Assembly (NCBI GenBank): GCA_016927325.1
Contig: JAFGMY010000156.1
Span: forward strand, 36,415 to 100,414
Origin: Actinomycetota bacterium
GTDB taxonomy: Bacteria > Actinomycetota > Geothermincolia > Fen-727 > Anoxymicrobiaceae
Direction: 5' to 3'
Length of the DNA: 64,000 nucleotides
The position numbers were made by a program, and so were the translations under genes. Of this stretch, positions 44,929-54,754 are shown one piece after another; within the stretch, counting starts at the first letter, position 1; each line of letters opens with the position of its first letter. The notes beneath the pieces are model-generated. The model searched no databases. It was not told the origin of the DNA and saw only the letters and a list, made by a program, of their open reading frames with translations.

Positions 44929-46011
44929 ATGGCGCTAACTCCAATGGATATCCACAATAAGGAATTCAAGAGCGCGAGGTTCGGTGGTTACAATGAAGAG
45001 GATGTGGATTCATTTCTGGACATAATCGCCGATGAATTCGAGAAAATGATGATGGAAAATGGAAGCATGGCCGTTGATCTGGATACGGTCAGGAAAAAGC
45101 TTGCTGAGTTTGAAGAAATGCAGAGCTCACTGCAGAGTGCCCTGATAACCGCGTCGAAATCCGCCGAAGATGTTAAAGAGCAGAGCAACAGAGAAGCCTC
45201 ACTGCTGCTGGAGAACGCCAGAAAGGAAGCGGAAGCAATAATCCGTGCCGCCCAGGAAGAGGCAGGCCGCATTATCACCCTGGCAAGGACTGAAGGGCAA
45301 AGGATTGAAAAGAAGTTCGAGAAGATCCGTGCCGTGAAGAGCCAGTATCTTGATTCAATGAGACAGGTTGCCGAAGCGCAACTCCGGGAGATAAAGGAAC
45401 TGGAAGAACAGGACAAGCGGTACAATTCGGCCGAACAGGGAATTGCCGCAGAAGACGGTTCGGTAAACAGCATGGCTCCCGGTAACACGACCCAGGCCGT
45501 GCAAGTTGCTGCACCCCCTGCTCCGGAAGTTGTCGATATACAGGAGAGATTGCCGGAAACGGTTAAGAATGATTATCAAAATGCTCCCATACGCGAGACT
45601 GAGTCGAACCCGCTGGAGCCTCAAGGTGGGATCGCCACTGACCAGAATTCTGAGGGACCGCCGGTCACGGGGGCGCCTGCCGCTCCTGATACAACCGCAT
45701 CGAGCCAGGATATAATTCAGGGAAGAATGAAAGAGAGCAGTAGACCGGTGATTGTTGAAGAAATGCAGATGACATCAGGGGCGCCTGGGTATCAGGCGGT
45801 GCGGCAGAACGAAGGGTGCGCGGCTCAAGTAGATGACAATAATGGCAAAGTCGCCACAAAAACACAGGATCTGGTTGAAGAGATTCTCGGAATGGAGCCC
45901 GGTGAAGATCCGTACGCGGAGTTCGGTGATATCGGGAATGAGGATATACCTGACGGACGAAAAAATACGGGAAGAAAAGAAAAGAAGAATAAGAACAAGT
46001 TCTGGGAGTAA
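44929..46011 (+). CDS. divIVA: DivIVA-domain cell-division/polar scaffold protein
   Basis: N-terminal MALTPMDIHNKEFKSARFGGYNEEDVDSFLD DivIVA motif, coiled coil, long low-complexity C-terminal tail. Confidence 0.8.
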   Translation: MALTPMDIHNKEFKSARFGGYNEEDVDSFLDIIADEFEKMMMENGSMAVDLDTVRKKLAEFEEMQSSLQSALITASKSAEDVKEQSNREASLLLENARKEAEAIIRAAQEEAGRIITLARTEGQRIEKKFEKIRAVKSQYLDSMRQVAEAQLREIKELEEQDKRYNSAEQGIAAEDGSVNSMAPGNTTQAVQVAAPPAPEVVDIQERLPETVKNDYQNAPIRETESNPLEPQGGIATDQNSEGPPVTGAPAAPDTTASSQDIIQGRMKESSRPVIVEEMQMTSGAPGYQAVRQNEGCAAQVDDNNGKVATKTQDLVEEILGMEPGEDPYAEFGDIGNEDIPDGRKNTGRKEKKNKNKFWE

Positions 46012-46060
46012 ATGGAGATATTTATTAACTATTGCGATTCAATGTCTATATTAGTATTAT

Positions 46061-46093
46061 GCCGGGTGGAAGTTGAACCCGGCATTCTTATTT
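46061..46093 (+). terminator. Rho-independent terminator after divIVA
   Basis: Stem GCCGGGT / ACCCGGC, loop GGAAGTTGA, followed by U-rich ATTCTTATTT. Confidence 0.5.
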
Positions 46094-46100
46094 AACCGCC

Positions 46101-46325
46101 ATGTACATAAAAATAAAAGTCATTCCCGGGGCAAATAAAAACAGGATTGAAACCGCAGGCGAAGAGGAGCTAAGGGTTTATGTCAAGGTACCGCCGGTAA
46201 AAGGAAAGGCCAACGAAGAAATGATCGGATTACTGGCAAAACACTTTAAAGTCGGTAAAAGCGAAGTAGAAATTGTAAAAGGCCGACGCTCAAGAAACAA
46301 GGTCATAAGAATAAACGGCATATAA
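46101..46325 (+). CDS. yggU: DUF167 / YggU-family protein
   Basis: 74 aa; IKVIPGANKNRIE ... LRVYVKVPPVKGKANEE signature of UPF0235. Confidence 0.75.
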   Translation: MYIKIKVIPGANKNRIETAGEEELRVYVKVPPVKGKANEEMIGLLAKHFKVGKSEVEIVKGRRSRNKVIRINGI

Positions 46326-46343
46326 GACCGGGGAATGCTGTAA

Positions 46344-46949
46344 ATGAGTGATACATGGGAGAATTGCTTTACCAGCCGGGAATCGATGAGGCTCTTTATC
46401 GGGATACCACTGGATGCTGCTTCCAGGAGGCGGATAAGCAAAGCCTGTGATTTCCTTAAAGAATGCGTTCAAGACACAAGATGGGTCAAACCCGAGAATC
46501 TGCATATTACTATGAAGTTTCTGGGTGACACACCGGGAACTATGGTGCCTGAGATTGCGGAAGTTTTACACATGGCTTCAGTTTACCTCCCATTTGAGAT
46601 GAAACTAGGTGGAATTGGAGCTTTTTCGTCACTGGGATCTGCTAGAGTAATTTGGGTTGGAGCCTATGATGATTCAGGAACAGTGCATAAAATATACAAA
46701 GAGATAGAGCGGGGAATGAGCAGGCTCGGGTACCCGGGGGAAAAACGAGAATACAGCCCTCACGTCACGGTTGGGCGGTCGAGAAACAAACCTGTCAGGA
46801 TCGATAATGATGTGGCTGCGCGGTATAAAGACCTGTCAATATTGACTGTTGATGAAATAATACTCTTTCAAAGCGACCTCAGGAGTAGTGGGGCGGAGTA
46901 TTCGATAATAGAAAGGGCTGTCGGACAGGGATTGAAAACTCAGAAGTAA
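46344..46949 (+). CDS. thpR: RNA 2',3'-cyclic phosphodiesterase (ThpR/LigT, 2H family)
   Basis: Two H-x-T/S-x motifs (HITMKFLG and HVTVGRS); alternative start [10 protein letters not shown] at 46389. Confidence 0.8.
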   Translation: MSDTWENCFTSRESMRLFIGIPLDAASRRRISKACDFLKECVQDTRWVKPENLHITMKFLGDTPGTMVPEIAEVLHMASVYLPFEMKLGGIGAFSSLGSARVIWVGAYDDSGTVHKIYKEIERGMSRLGYPGEKREYSPHVTVGRSRNKPVRIDNDVAARYKDLSILTVDEIILFQSDLRSSGAEYSIIERAVGQGLKTQK

Positions 46950-46959
46950 CAGAGAGGTT

Positions 46960-48039
46960 GTGAACAGATTGGACAAAGAAAAATCACTTGATATGGCCTT
47001 GATGCAGATAGAGAGACAGTTTGGCAGGGGTTCGATTATGAGGTTGGGCGCTGAGGCCGACCGAATGGCTGTAGACGTGATACCGACCGGTTCCCTGGCT
47101 ATGGATGTGGCGCTGGGAGTAGGAGGTGTACCCAGGGGAAGGGTTGTTGAGATATTCGGCCCGGAATCAAGTGGAAAAACCACTGTGGCCCTGCATATTC
47201 TCGCTCAGGCGCAGCGCATGGGAGGTGTGGGAGCTTTCATAGACGCCGAAAACGCGATGGATCCGCAGTACTCGGCGGCTCTTGGGGTAAATATCGACGA
47301 ACTGCTGATAAGTCAACCGGATACCGGAGAGCAGGCGCTTGAAATTGCTGAAATGCTCATACGCAGCGCGGCGGTGGACGTCGTGGTAATCGATTCTGTG
47401 GCCGCATTGGTCCCAAGGGCTGAAATAGACGGTGATATAGGAGACTCACATGTAGGCCTGCAGGCGCGGTTAATGTCGCAGGCCCTCAGAAAGTTGTCAA
47501 ACGCGATCAGCAGGTCGAGGACCGTAGCTATTTTTATTAACCAGTTAAGAGAGAAAATCGGGGTTATGTTTGGAAATCCTGAAGTTACGCCGGGGGGGAG
47601 AGCATTGAAGTTCTACTCATCCGTCAGGATAGACCTGAGAAAAATCGACACGATAAAAAAAGGAACGGATATTCTTGGAAACAGGGTCAGGGCAAGAATT
47701 GTAAAGAACAAAGTCGCACCGCCTTTCAAAAACGCTGAATTCGATATCGTATACGGTCAGGGAATTTCAAGAGAAGGTGACATTCTGGAACTGGGAGTCG
47801 TTCATAATTTCATAAAAAAGAGCGGCGCCTGGTACATGTTCGATGAAAATCAGATGGGTCAGGGTCGGGAAAACGCGAAAATATTTCTGATGGAACATCA
47901 GGAGATTGCTGACGAAATAGAAATTAACATAAGGAAGGAAGTCGGCTTAAAACCTGTATCGAATCTGGGAAATGGGGGGAACAACTCGAAACCCGAAGAC
48001 GCCGGTGACAAAGATAAGAAAGGGAAGACTGAAAAATAG
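46960..48039 (+). CDS. recA: recombinase RecA
   Basis: 359 aa; Walker [10 protein letters not shown]; L1/L2 loops; GTG start after AGAGAGG. Confidence 0.95.
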   Translation: MNRLDKEKSLDMALMQIERQFGRGSIMRLGAEADRMAVDVIPTGSLAMDVALGVGGVPRGRVVEIFGPESSGKTTVALHILAQAQRMGGVGAFIDAENAMDPQYSAALGVNIDELLISQPDTGEQALEIAEMLIRSAAVDVVVIDSVAALVPRAEIDGDIGDSHVGLQARLMSQALRKLSNAISRSRTVAIFINQLREKIGVMFGNPEVTPGGRALKFYSSVRIDLRKIDTIKKGTDILGNRVRARIVKNKVAPPFKNAEFDIVYGQGISREGDILELGVVHNFIKKSGAWYMFDENQMGQGRENAKIFLMEHQEIADEIEINIRKEVGLKPVSNLGNGGNNSKPEDAGDKDKKGKTEK

Positions 48040-48110
48040 AACTGGAAGATTTATCAAAAGAAGCGTTAAAAAATATACAGAGATTCCTGCAGTACAGGCC
48101 AAGGTCGGCT

Positions 48111-48500
48111 ATGGAAGTAAGGAATAAATTGGCGGTTTTAGAGTATGGGGCATTGACCGCGGATGAGGTAATCGCTTACCTGGAACTGAAGGGTCTGATT
48201 GATGACAGTAGGCTTATGAAGGTTTACGCTGAAGAGTTGATGAGAAAGAACTATGGATATAAAAGAATATTGCTGGAACTGTCGAATAAAGGAATAAGCG
48301 AAGAATTAATCGGTGGACTGAAAGAGACGTATCCATTTGAAACCGAAATAGAAAGAGCGATATGCGCGTGCACCAGCAAAGTAAGAAAGACGGGTTCGGC
48401 GGTTACAAAAAATAAAAAACTGAAGTTAAAGGAGTATCTTGTTCGTAGAGGTTTCAGCGGTGGAATCGCGGAAGAGGCAGTAAGATCTATAGAGGAATAA
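48111..48500 (+). CDS. recX: RecA regulator RecX (likely N-terminally extended to about 48042 with a non-canonical start)
   Basis: 129 aa from ATG 48111; three-helix repeat pattern; in-frame upstream 23 codons ([24 protein letters not shown]) resemble the RecX N-terminus but contain no ATG/GTG/TTG. Confidence 0.7.
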   Translation: MEVRNKLAVLEYGALTADEVIAYLELKGLIDDSRLMKVYAEELMRKNYGYKRILLELSNKGISEELIGGLKETYPFETEIERAICACTSKVRKTGSAVTKNKKLKLKEYLVRRGFSGGIAEEAVRSIEE

Positions 48501-48658
48501 GTTTGACACTAAAATACCGCGAGACTAGAATTGAATAAGATTCCGTTGGTGCGGGATATCAGTGATTTGTTTTAGTTTATCTTAATGATAGATTATATCA
48601 AGTTCTAAATATCATAATATGAAGTTTAAATTATAAGTTGAATCTATTGATATTACTG

Positions 48659-48684
48659 CGCTAAGCAATGCTTGGCGTTTTTTT
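48659..48684 (+). terminator. intrinsic terminator-like hairpin between recX and rny
   Basis: Stem CGCTAAGC / GCTTGGCG (one U-G wobble) followed by 7 T; sits 7 nt upstream of the GAGGAGG SD of rny. Confidence 0.5.
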
Positions 48685-48705
48685 CGTAGAGAGGAGGTCT
48701 TCAAG

Positions 48706-50238
48706 ATTATATATGCAATTATTGCTGTCGGCGCCGTAGTTATCGGTGCTTTGATCGGGTATCTTGGCCGAAAATTTGTCGGTGAGGCTAGGGTATCCAC
48801 AGCGGAAGCAAGCGCAAAAAAAATATTGGATGACGCAAAGAGAGAAGCCGAGAGCTTGAAACGTGAGGGCCAGGTAGAGGCAAAAGACAAGATACATGCC
48901 ATGCGTTCAGAAGCCGAAAGAGAGCTGAAAAGCAGAAGAAGCGATCTCCAGCGTCTGGAACGGCGTCTGATGCAGCGTGAGGAAATGATCGAATCCAAGG
49001 ACTCTGAAGCGGTGAAAAAGGAAAAACGGCTTGGTTCGTGGGAAGAGAACCTGGCATCTCAGGAATCCAAACTGGCAAAAGCCGCTTCCGAGCAGAAAAG
49101 GGTTTTGGAAAAGATTGCATGCATGACTGCAAACGAAGCCCGTGATTACCTTATCGGTTCGATCGAGGAAGATGTAAAAAGGGACTGTGCCCTTTTTGTA
49201 AAGGACGAAGAAATAAAGGCAAAGGAAGAGGCGGATAAGAACGCGAGAAAAATCATATCGCTCGCTATACAAAGGTGCGCTTCGGAACATGTGGCGGAGA
49301 CTACCGTATCGGTTGTTCCACTGCCTAACGATGAAATGAAGGGCAGGATAATAGGCAGGGAAGGCAGAAACATCAGGACTTTCGAGAACCTTACCGGAAT
49401 AAATCTGATAATTGATGACACTCCCGAAGCGGTGATACTGTCCAGTTTTGACCCCGTAAGAAGGGAAATAGCCAGGTTGACTCTGGAAAAGTTGCTTTCA
49501 GATGGGAGAATACAACCCGCAAGAATAGAAGAGATGTATGAGAAGTCTAAAGCTAAAGTAGAGAATGAAGTTAGAGTGGCGGGCGAAGAGACTACGTTCG
49601 ATTTGGGAGTAACCAATATAAACAAGGAACTGGTAAGGGTTCTCGGAAGATTAAAGTTCAGGACTTCTTATGGACAGAATGTTCTTATACACTCCATTGA
49701 AGTTGCGAACCTTGCCGGGATGATGGCATGTGAGTTGGGGATGGAGCCGAAAATAGCCAAACGCGCAGGACTTCTTCACGATATAGGCAAAGCGGTAGAT
49801 CATGAGGTTGAGGGATCGCATGCGTCGATAGGGGCGGAACTCGGAAAAAGGCTTGGAGAAAGCAGCGTAATATGCCATGCGATTGAGTCCCATCATGGGG
49901 AAGTTGAGGCTAAGACAATTGAAGATGTGCTGGTGCAGGCGGCGGACGCCATTTCGGCGGCGAGACCGGGGGCAAGAAGAGAAACACTGGAAAGCTATGT
50001 AAAGCGCCTGGAGAAACTGGAGACCATGGCTGATTCGTTCCCAGGTGTTGATAAAGCCTATGCAATGCAGGCTGGGAGAGAAATAAGGATTATGGTGCAG
50101 GCTGAAGAAGTAGACGATATGGGAAGCACTGTTCTGGCAAGAGATATAGCAAAGGAAATTGAGGAGCAACTCGATTATCCCGGACAAATTCGCGTAACCG
50201 TAATTCGGGAAACGCGGGTTGTTGAGTATGCTAAATAA
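48706..50238 (+). CDS. rny: ribonuclease Y (membrane-anchored, KH + HD domains)
   Basis: KH ([20 protein letters not shown]) and HD ([13 protein letters not shown] ... LLHDIGK) domains; N-terminal [22 protein letters not shown] lies upstream of the ORF-track TTG (48751) and is reached only from ATT 48706 / ATA 48709, 8 nt after GAGGAGG. Confidence 0.8.
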   Translation: MIYAIIAVGAVVIGALIGYLGRKFVGEARVSTAEASAKKILDDAKREAESLKREGQVEAKDKIHAMRSEAERELKSRRSDLQRLERRLMQREEMIESKDSEAVKKEKRLGSWEENLASQESKLAKAASEQKRVLEKIACMTANEARDYLIGSIEEDVKRDCALFVKDEEIKAKEEADKNARKIISLAIQRCASEHVAETTVSVVPLPNDEMKGRIIGREGRNIRTFENLTGINLIIDDTPEAVILSSFDPVRREIARLTLEKLLSDGRIQPARIEEMYEKSKAKVENEVRVAGEETTFDLGVTNINKELVRVLGRLKFRTSYGQNVLIHSIEVANLAGMMACELGMEPKIAKRAGLLHDIGKAVDHEVEGSHASIGAELGKRLGESSVICHAIESHHGEVEAKTIEDVLVQAADAISAARPGARRETLESYVKRLEKLETMADSFPGVDKAYAMQAGREIRIMVQAEEVDDMGSTVLARDIAKEIEEQLDYPGQIRVTVIRETRVVEYAK

Positions 50239-50271
50239 AAAGCGGGCAAACAACTGTGTGGGAAAGATATC

Positions 50272-51408
50272 TTGAAATCTCAAACAGAAATGCACCGATC
50301 ACATGATTCCTCGGAAGACAAGGCTTTAAATGATTTCATTTCAAGCCTGACCTCTAACACTCTGCAAAAAGTCGAAGAGAAGCTGGGGTACGGCTTCGTC
50401 AAGCTGAAAGTGGCTGAAGCGGAGAGAAGGCAAGCTTACCATGATATAAGATCCGTCGAGGATGTTATCCGTGAACTGGTAAGAAATTCAAGGGATGCCG
50501 GGGCGAATAACGTACTGGTAGGTTTCCAGAAAGAGAAAGGCCGTTTTCGCCGGATAACCGTCCTGGATGACGGATGCGGCGTACCGGAGGAAATGCAATC
50601 ACTGATTTTCGAACCAAGGGTTACTTCCAGGTGCGAAAGCTACGAGGAAGACAGGTTCGGGGTTCACGGCAGAGGAATGGCACTGTTTTCGATCAGGTCG
50701 AGGGTTGAGGAAATAAAGCTGGTCACTTCCGTTCCGGGGTCAGGTACATCAATCGATGTGAAAATCGATACTTCCAAGTTGCCTGAAAAGTCTGATCAGG
50801 CGTCAATGCCTCAGCTTTGCCGTGAAGGGGACACATGTGAGATAGGTTCCGGTACGCATAACGTAAACAGGCTGCTTCTTGAAGTTTCGATCGATTTCAG
50901 AGATAAAAACTTTTATGTGGGTTCTTTCGCTGAGATTGCTTCGACGTTATACAGTATGAGGGAGGAGAGCCCGGGAGGTTCCAGCACCGGGGTATGGACT
51001 GACCTTTACTGCATAAGTGACGCAAAATCCTTATCTGAATTTTGCACTGAGGAACTGGGTCTTGCCGTGTCGGAACGAAACGCTTACAGAGTATTGAACG
51101 GCGAGATACCGCCGCTTGAATCTGTTCTCGACAAGGCGCTGTCGGTGGCTCGGATAGTAAATGACCAAGACCTGAAAACCCGCACGCGTCGTCTGGAAAT
51201 CGACAAGGACGATATCGACTCCGGCATTGAAAAGAACCGCCTGAGGATGCTTAAGAGCGGTGAACTCGAGGAGATCGGGGAGGGGGTCAAGGCGGCAGCA
51301 GGCCGGGTTATCGAAAAATATTACCTCAGGGTCAACGGCAGCCCGAAGATTAGAAAAGGCCGGGGGAAAATAGTAATATCCCTCTATGTATCGGAAGAAG
51401 ACGAGTAA
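50272..51408 (+). CDS. uncharacterised GHKL-superfamily ATPase with MutL/MORC/TopoVI-B-type Bergerat motifs; no kinase H-box or MutL C-terminal domain
   Basis: 378 aa; motif I ELVRNSRDAGA, motif II LDDGCGV, motif III GVHGRGMALFS, then TSR-like segment; remaining about 200 aa have no recognisable family. Confidence 0.5.
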   Translation: MKSQTEMHRSHDSSEDKALNDFISSLTSNTLQKVEEKLGYGFVKLKVAEAERRQAYHDIRSVEDVIRELVRNSRDAGANNVLVGFQKEKGRFRRITVLDDGCGVPEEMQSLIFEPRVTSRCESYEEDRFGVHGRGMALFSIRSRVEEIKLVTSVPGSGTSIDVKIDTSKLPEKSDQASMPQLCREGDTCEIGSGTHNVNRLLLEVSIDFRDKNFYVGSFAEIASTLYSMREESPGGSSTGVWTDLYCISDAKSLSEFCTEELGLAVSERNAYRVLNGEIPPLESVLDKALSVARIVNDQDLKTRTRRLEIDKDDIDSGIEKNRLRMLKSGELEEIGEGVKAAAGRVIEKYYLRVNGSPKIRKGRGKIVISLYVSEEDE

Positions 51409-51438
51409 CTCTTATGAGCAGCATAACGCTTTAATACT

Positions 51439-52362
51439 ATGTTTTCAGCACTTAATAATCACAGGAAAATCTTAATTGCCGGTGCGGCCGTTGTGGCTGC
51501 CGGTCTGGTGATCATATTTCTGTTGATGTACTTTCAGTCGTCAAAGAAGAAAGAGTATGAATCTTCTCTTTCGAGAAACTGGAATTTTATCGAAGAAAAA
51601 GCAAAGGGGTTCGTCGATGTGCTGAGTACCGTTAAAACGGTTGATGATTTTACCAACCTCAATTCCGCGGCCCGTGGCATGAGGGATTCGATAAAGGATC
51701 TGCGCGAGGAAGAGAAGAGCAGGTCCGCGCCTGTCGGGACCGGTGATTTAAGAGAGAAAGAACTGGCCGCTCTTGATTCCATCGGCAAGTATCTTGATCT
51801 TGTCGCGGAAACGGCGGATAAATCAAAGGTGGAGCTTTTTAAGGAAGAAAGGCACCTTATTGAGAGCAGGGCAAGGAAAGCCGACGCGGACTTGAACGAG
51901 TTGCTTGAAACGGCAGACTTCCTGAACGTTACCATATCAGCTGATTTTTTCAACGCGACCGGGAAGATGGGCGACGCGATAAATTATCGGGGGGAAGATG
52001 CGGATGAACACAGCGCACAGGCGCTGGAGGCGCTGAAGACATTTATGAACGCTGATATAAAAGAGATAAACACGGAGATATTGTGGGATATGGCATCTTC
52101 AAAGAGAAAAGCGGCTATTGAGTTACTGGGGGGATCAAGAGAGTCAATGGACGGTTACCGGGCGGCCCAATGGGGAACGAAGGTTCCCGCTGATTATTTT
52201 ATCGATGAAAGCAGTGTGAATATCCTGTCGCCGGGCGCCGCGGCGGTTTCGGTGATAGTATATGTGAAAGACGGGTCTCCGATGAACGCGCAGGTAAAGC
52301 TGGTTCTGGAACCCGATGGTTGGAAATTGGATGTGTACCCATTCCTGGGGTGGGTGGAATAA
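51439..52362 (+). CDS. hypothetical membrane-anchored protein (N-terminal TM, coiled coil, C-terminal NTF2-like domain)
   Basis: 307 aa; TM ILIAGAAVVAAGLVIIFLLMYF; no family assignment. Confidence 0.45.
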   Translation: MFSALNNHRKILIAGAAVVAAGLVIIFLLMYFQSSKKKEYESSLSRNWNFIEEKAKGFVDVLSTVKTVDDFTNLNSAARGMRDSIKDLREEEKSRSAPVGTGDLREKELAALDSIGKYLDLVAETADKSKVELFKEERHLIESRARKADADLNELLETADFLNVTISADFFNATGKMGDAINYRGEDADEHSAQALEALKTFMNADIKEINTEILWDMASSKRKAAIELLGGSRESMDGYRAAQWGTKVPADYFIDESSVNILSPGAAAVSVIVYVKDGSPMNAQVKLVLEPDGWKLDVYPFLGWVE

Positions 52363-52458
52363 TGATAATGATATTGAAGCTTGTACGAAAGTAATATGCC
52401 GCAACGGTTGATTTCAGCTTAAGATATTTGACTGAGAGTCGCCGCGAAAGGAAGAATA

Positions 52459-52833
52459 ATGGCGTTAAAAGTACTGCAGATAATCTGCGCGGTAGCGGTT
52501 GTTGTTATCGTTTTGTTGATGATACCCGTAATGTTGAAGCTGAAAAGGACATTGGAGGAAGTCGGAAGGATGATTGTTGAAACCAGGCCCGGCACTATGA
52601 AGGCGATAAAACAGGCCGAAGCAACTCTGGATAGTGTCAATGAGGAACTGGAGAACGTGGAAAAGGTCACCAGCGATGCGTCACTGCTGATCGGCAAAAT
52701 GGGTGAGGCCGCCGACTCTCTCGAAAACACGATAAAATCACCGATAACAAAAATGGGGTTTATTTCAACCGGCGCCGCGGTAACGAGCATAGCTGTAAGA
52801 AAGCAACTGCTCAAGAACAAGAAGAAGCAGTAA
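52459..52833 (+). CDS. DUF948-like small membrane protein
   Basis: 124 aa; N-terminal TM + coiled-coil as in Firmicutes DUF948 proteins; RBS AAAGGAAG. Confidence 0.5.
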   Translation: MALKVLQIICAVAVVVIVLLMIPVMLKLKRTLEEVGRMIVETRPGTMKAIKQAEATLDSVNEELENVEKVTSDASLLIGKMGEAADSLENTIKSPITKMGFISTGAAVTSIAVRKQLLKNKKKQ

Positions 52834-52858
52834 CGGGAAGAATGCGTTTACCATCAAG

Positions 52859-54181
52859 ATGATTCCAAATTCCTACATTATCCATACTTTCGGCTGTCAG
52901 ATGAACAAGCACGATTCCGAGCATATCGCCGGAGTGCTCGAGGATAGTGGGTACTCCCGCGCACCGACAGACGAAGAGGCTGAAATAATAATAATGAACA
53001 CCTGTTCTGTCCGGAAAAGCGCGGAAGATAAAGTCTGGGGAAGGCTGAGTTGTTTTGCCGGTGGAGTCCCTCCTCCGAAAATAGTCGCGGTAGGCGGCTG
53101 CATGGCCCAATTGCTGGGCGAAAGCATAATCGACCGTTCCCCCGGCGTGAGACTCGTGTTTGGTATCGGTTCGATGGACCGGTTGCCCGGCCTTATAGAA
53201 AAAAGCAGGGAGAACCCTGTTTGCGACCTCGGCGACATAAACAAAGCTTTCGTTGATTGCCTCCCGTATATTCCAGAGAGTCCCGTCTCCGCATGGGTTC
53301 CGGTAAATCATGGATGTGACAACAGTTGTTCGTACTGTATTGTGCCGGCCGCCAGGGGGAACGCAAGGAGCCGGGATCTTGATGATATCCTGCGTGAAGT
53401 GGAGAAAGCGGCGGGGTCCGGACGTATTGAAGTGATACTGCTGGGTCAGAATGTAAACGCTTACGGAAAGGACCTGTTTCCGCGGGTGCGTTTTTCACAG
53501 TTGCTTGATGCCGTATCGGGAGTGCAGGGCATTCAACGGATAAAATTCGAAACATCCCATCCCGCGGATATGGACGAATCCATAATCGAGGTGATGGCTG
53601 GAAGAGCCAATTTATGCGAGTATCTGCATCTCCCGGCCCAGTCGGGTTCCAACAGAGTGCTCAAAGCGATGAACCGTGGTTACACCAGGGAGGATTATCT
53701 TGAGGAAGTGCGTTTTTCCAGGAAAATAATTCCAGAGATTTCTCTTTCCACGGATATAATCGTTGGATTTCCCGGGGAGACGGACCAGGATTTTCGAGAC
53801 ACGTTTACTCTGCTGGAAGAGGTGCGGTTCAGCAACGCGTTTATCTTCAAGTATTCAAGAAGGGACGGGACGGCCGCCGCGGCAATGCGAAACGAGGTTC
53901 CCACCCGGGTAGTTTCAAACAGGTTCATGTTACTATCTGAGTTGCAGGATAAAATAACCTCCGAAGCGCTTAGGGAGCTCGAGGGAAAGACAGTTGAAGT
54001 TCTTGTGGGAGGTTCGGCTAAGAGAGGTGGCTTTCGCAAGGGGCGCGCAAGGGGCAACCAGGTTGTTCTGTTAAGTTCGGCGCAAGAGCTCGTTGAGGGA
54101 ACACTGGTCATGGCAAGAGTTACCGGAACCGGAAAGCATACCGCTCGCGGCGAGGTAGTGGAAACAATAACGAAGGCCTGA
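52859..54181 (+). CDS. miaB: tRNA-2-methylthio-N6-dimethylallyladenosine synthase MiaB
   Basis: 440 aa; MTTase Cys (FGCQMN ... NTCSV ... GGCMAQ), radical-SAM CDNSCSYCIVP, C-terminal TRAM domain. Confidence 0.85.
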   Translation: MIPNSYIIHTFGCQMNKHDSEHIAGVLEDSGYSRAPTDEEAEIIIMNTCSVRKSAEDKVWGRLSCFAGGVPPPKIVAVGGCMAQLLGESIIDRSPGVRLVFGIGSMDRLPGLIEKSRENPVCDLGDINKAFVDCLPYIPESPVSAWVPVNHGCDNSCSYCIVPAARGNARSRDLDDILREVEKAAGSGRIEVILLGQNVNAYGKDLFPRVRFSQLLDAVSGVQGIQRIKFETSHPADMDESIIEVMAGRANLCEYLHLPAQSGSNRVLKAMNRGYTREDYLEEVRFSRKIIPEISLSTDIIVGFPGETDQDFRDTFTLLEEVRFSNAFIFKYSRRDGTAAAAMRNEVPTRVVSNRFMLLSELQDKITSEALRELEGKTVEVLVGGSAKRGGFRKGRARGNQVVLLSSAQELVEGTLVMARVTGTGKHTARGEVVETITKA

Positions 54182-54187
54182 TAGGGG

Positions 54188-54742
54188 ATGCTCGATAAAG
54201 GGACGACCTGGATGGATACAATGACTGAAGGTACCGCACTTCTTGTGATTGACATGATCTATGATTTTGTGGAGCCTGAAGGCGCACTTAACGTACCCGC
54301 TGCACGCGGTATACTCCCGGCCGTTTCAGAGTTGATAGAAGAGGCAAGGGCGGCGGGGGTTCCGGTCATATATTTGAACGATTCTCACGACCTTGAAGAC
54401 AAGGAGTTTGAAAACTGGCCGAAACATGCAATTTCGGGCACGAAGGGTGCTGAAGTTGTTAAAGAGGTCGCGCCTCTGGCGACAGACCACGTTGTTGAAA
54501 AAAAACATTTTTCCGCTTTTTACCGTACCTCGCTTGAGTCCATACTTAAGGAATACGGAATATCAAGGTTGATAATTACCGGAACCGTTACGAATATCTG
54601 TGTTCTCTTTACGGCTTTCGATGCAGCAATGCGTGATTACGAGGTAGTGGTGTTCAGGAATGCGGTCGCAGGCCTGGATGAAGGAGACCATGAGTTCGCG
54701 TTAAGGCAGATTGAAAAAGTCATTGGTGGGACCGTTATATAG
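54188..54742 (+). CDS. pncA: isochorismatase-family cysteine hydrolase, probably nicotinamidase PncA
   Basis: 184 aa; catalytic triad context D (LLVIDM), K, C (TGTVTNICV); immediately upstream of pncB; start may be ATG 54209. Confidence 0.6.
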   Translation: MLDKGTTWMDTMTEGTALLVIDMIYDFVEPEGALNVPAARGILPAVSELIEEARAAGVPVIYLNDSHDLEDKEFENWPKHAISGTKGAEVVKEVAPLATDHVVEKKHFSAFYRTSLESILKEYGISRLIITGTVTNICVLFTAFDAAMRDYEVVVFRNAVAGLDEGDHEFALRQIEKVIGGTVI

Positions 54743-54754
54743 GAGGTTTATCAT

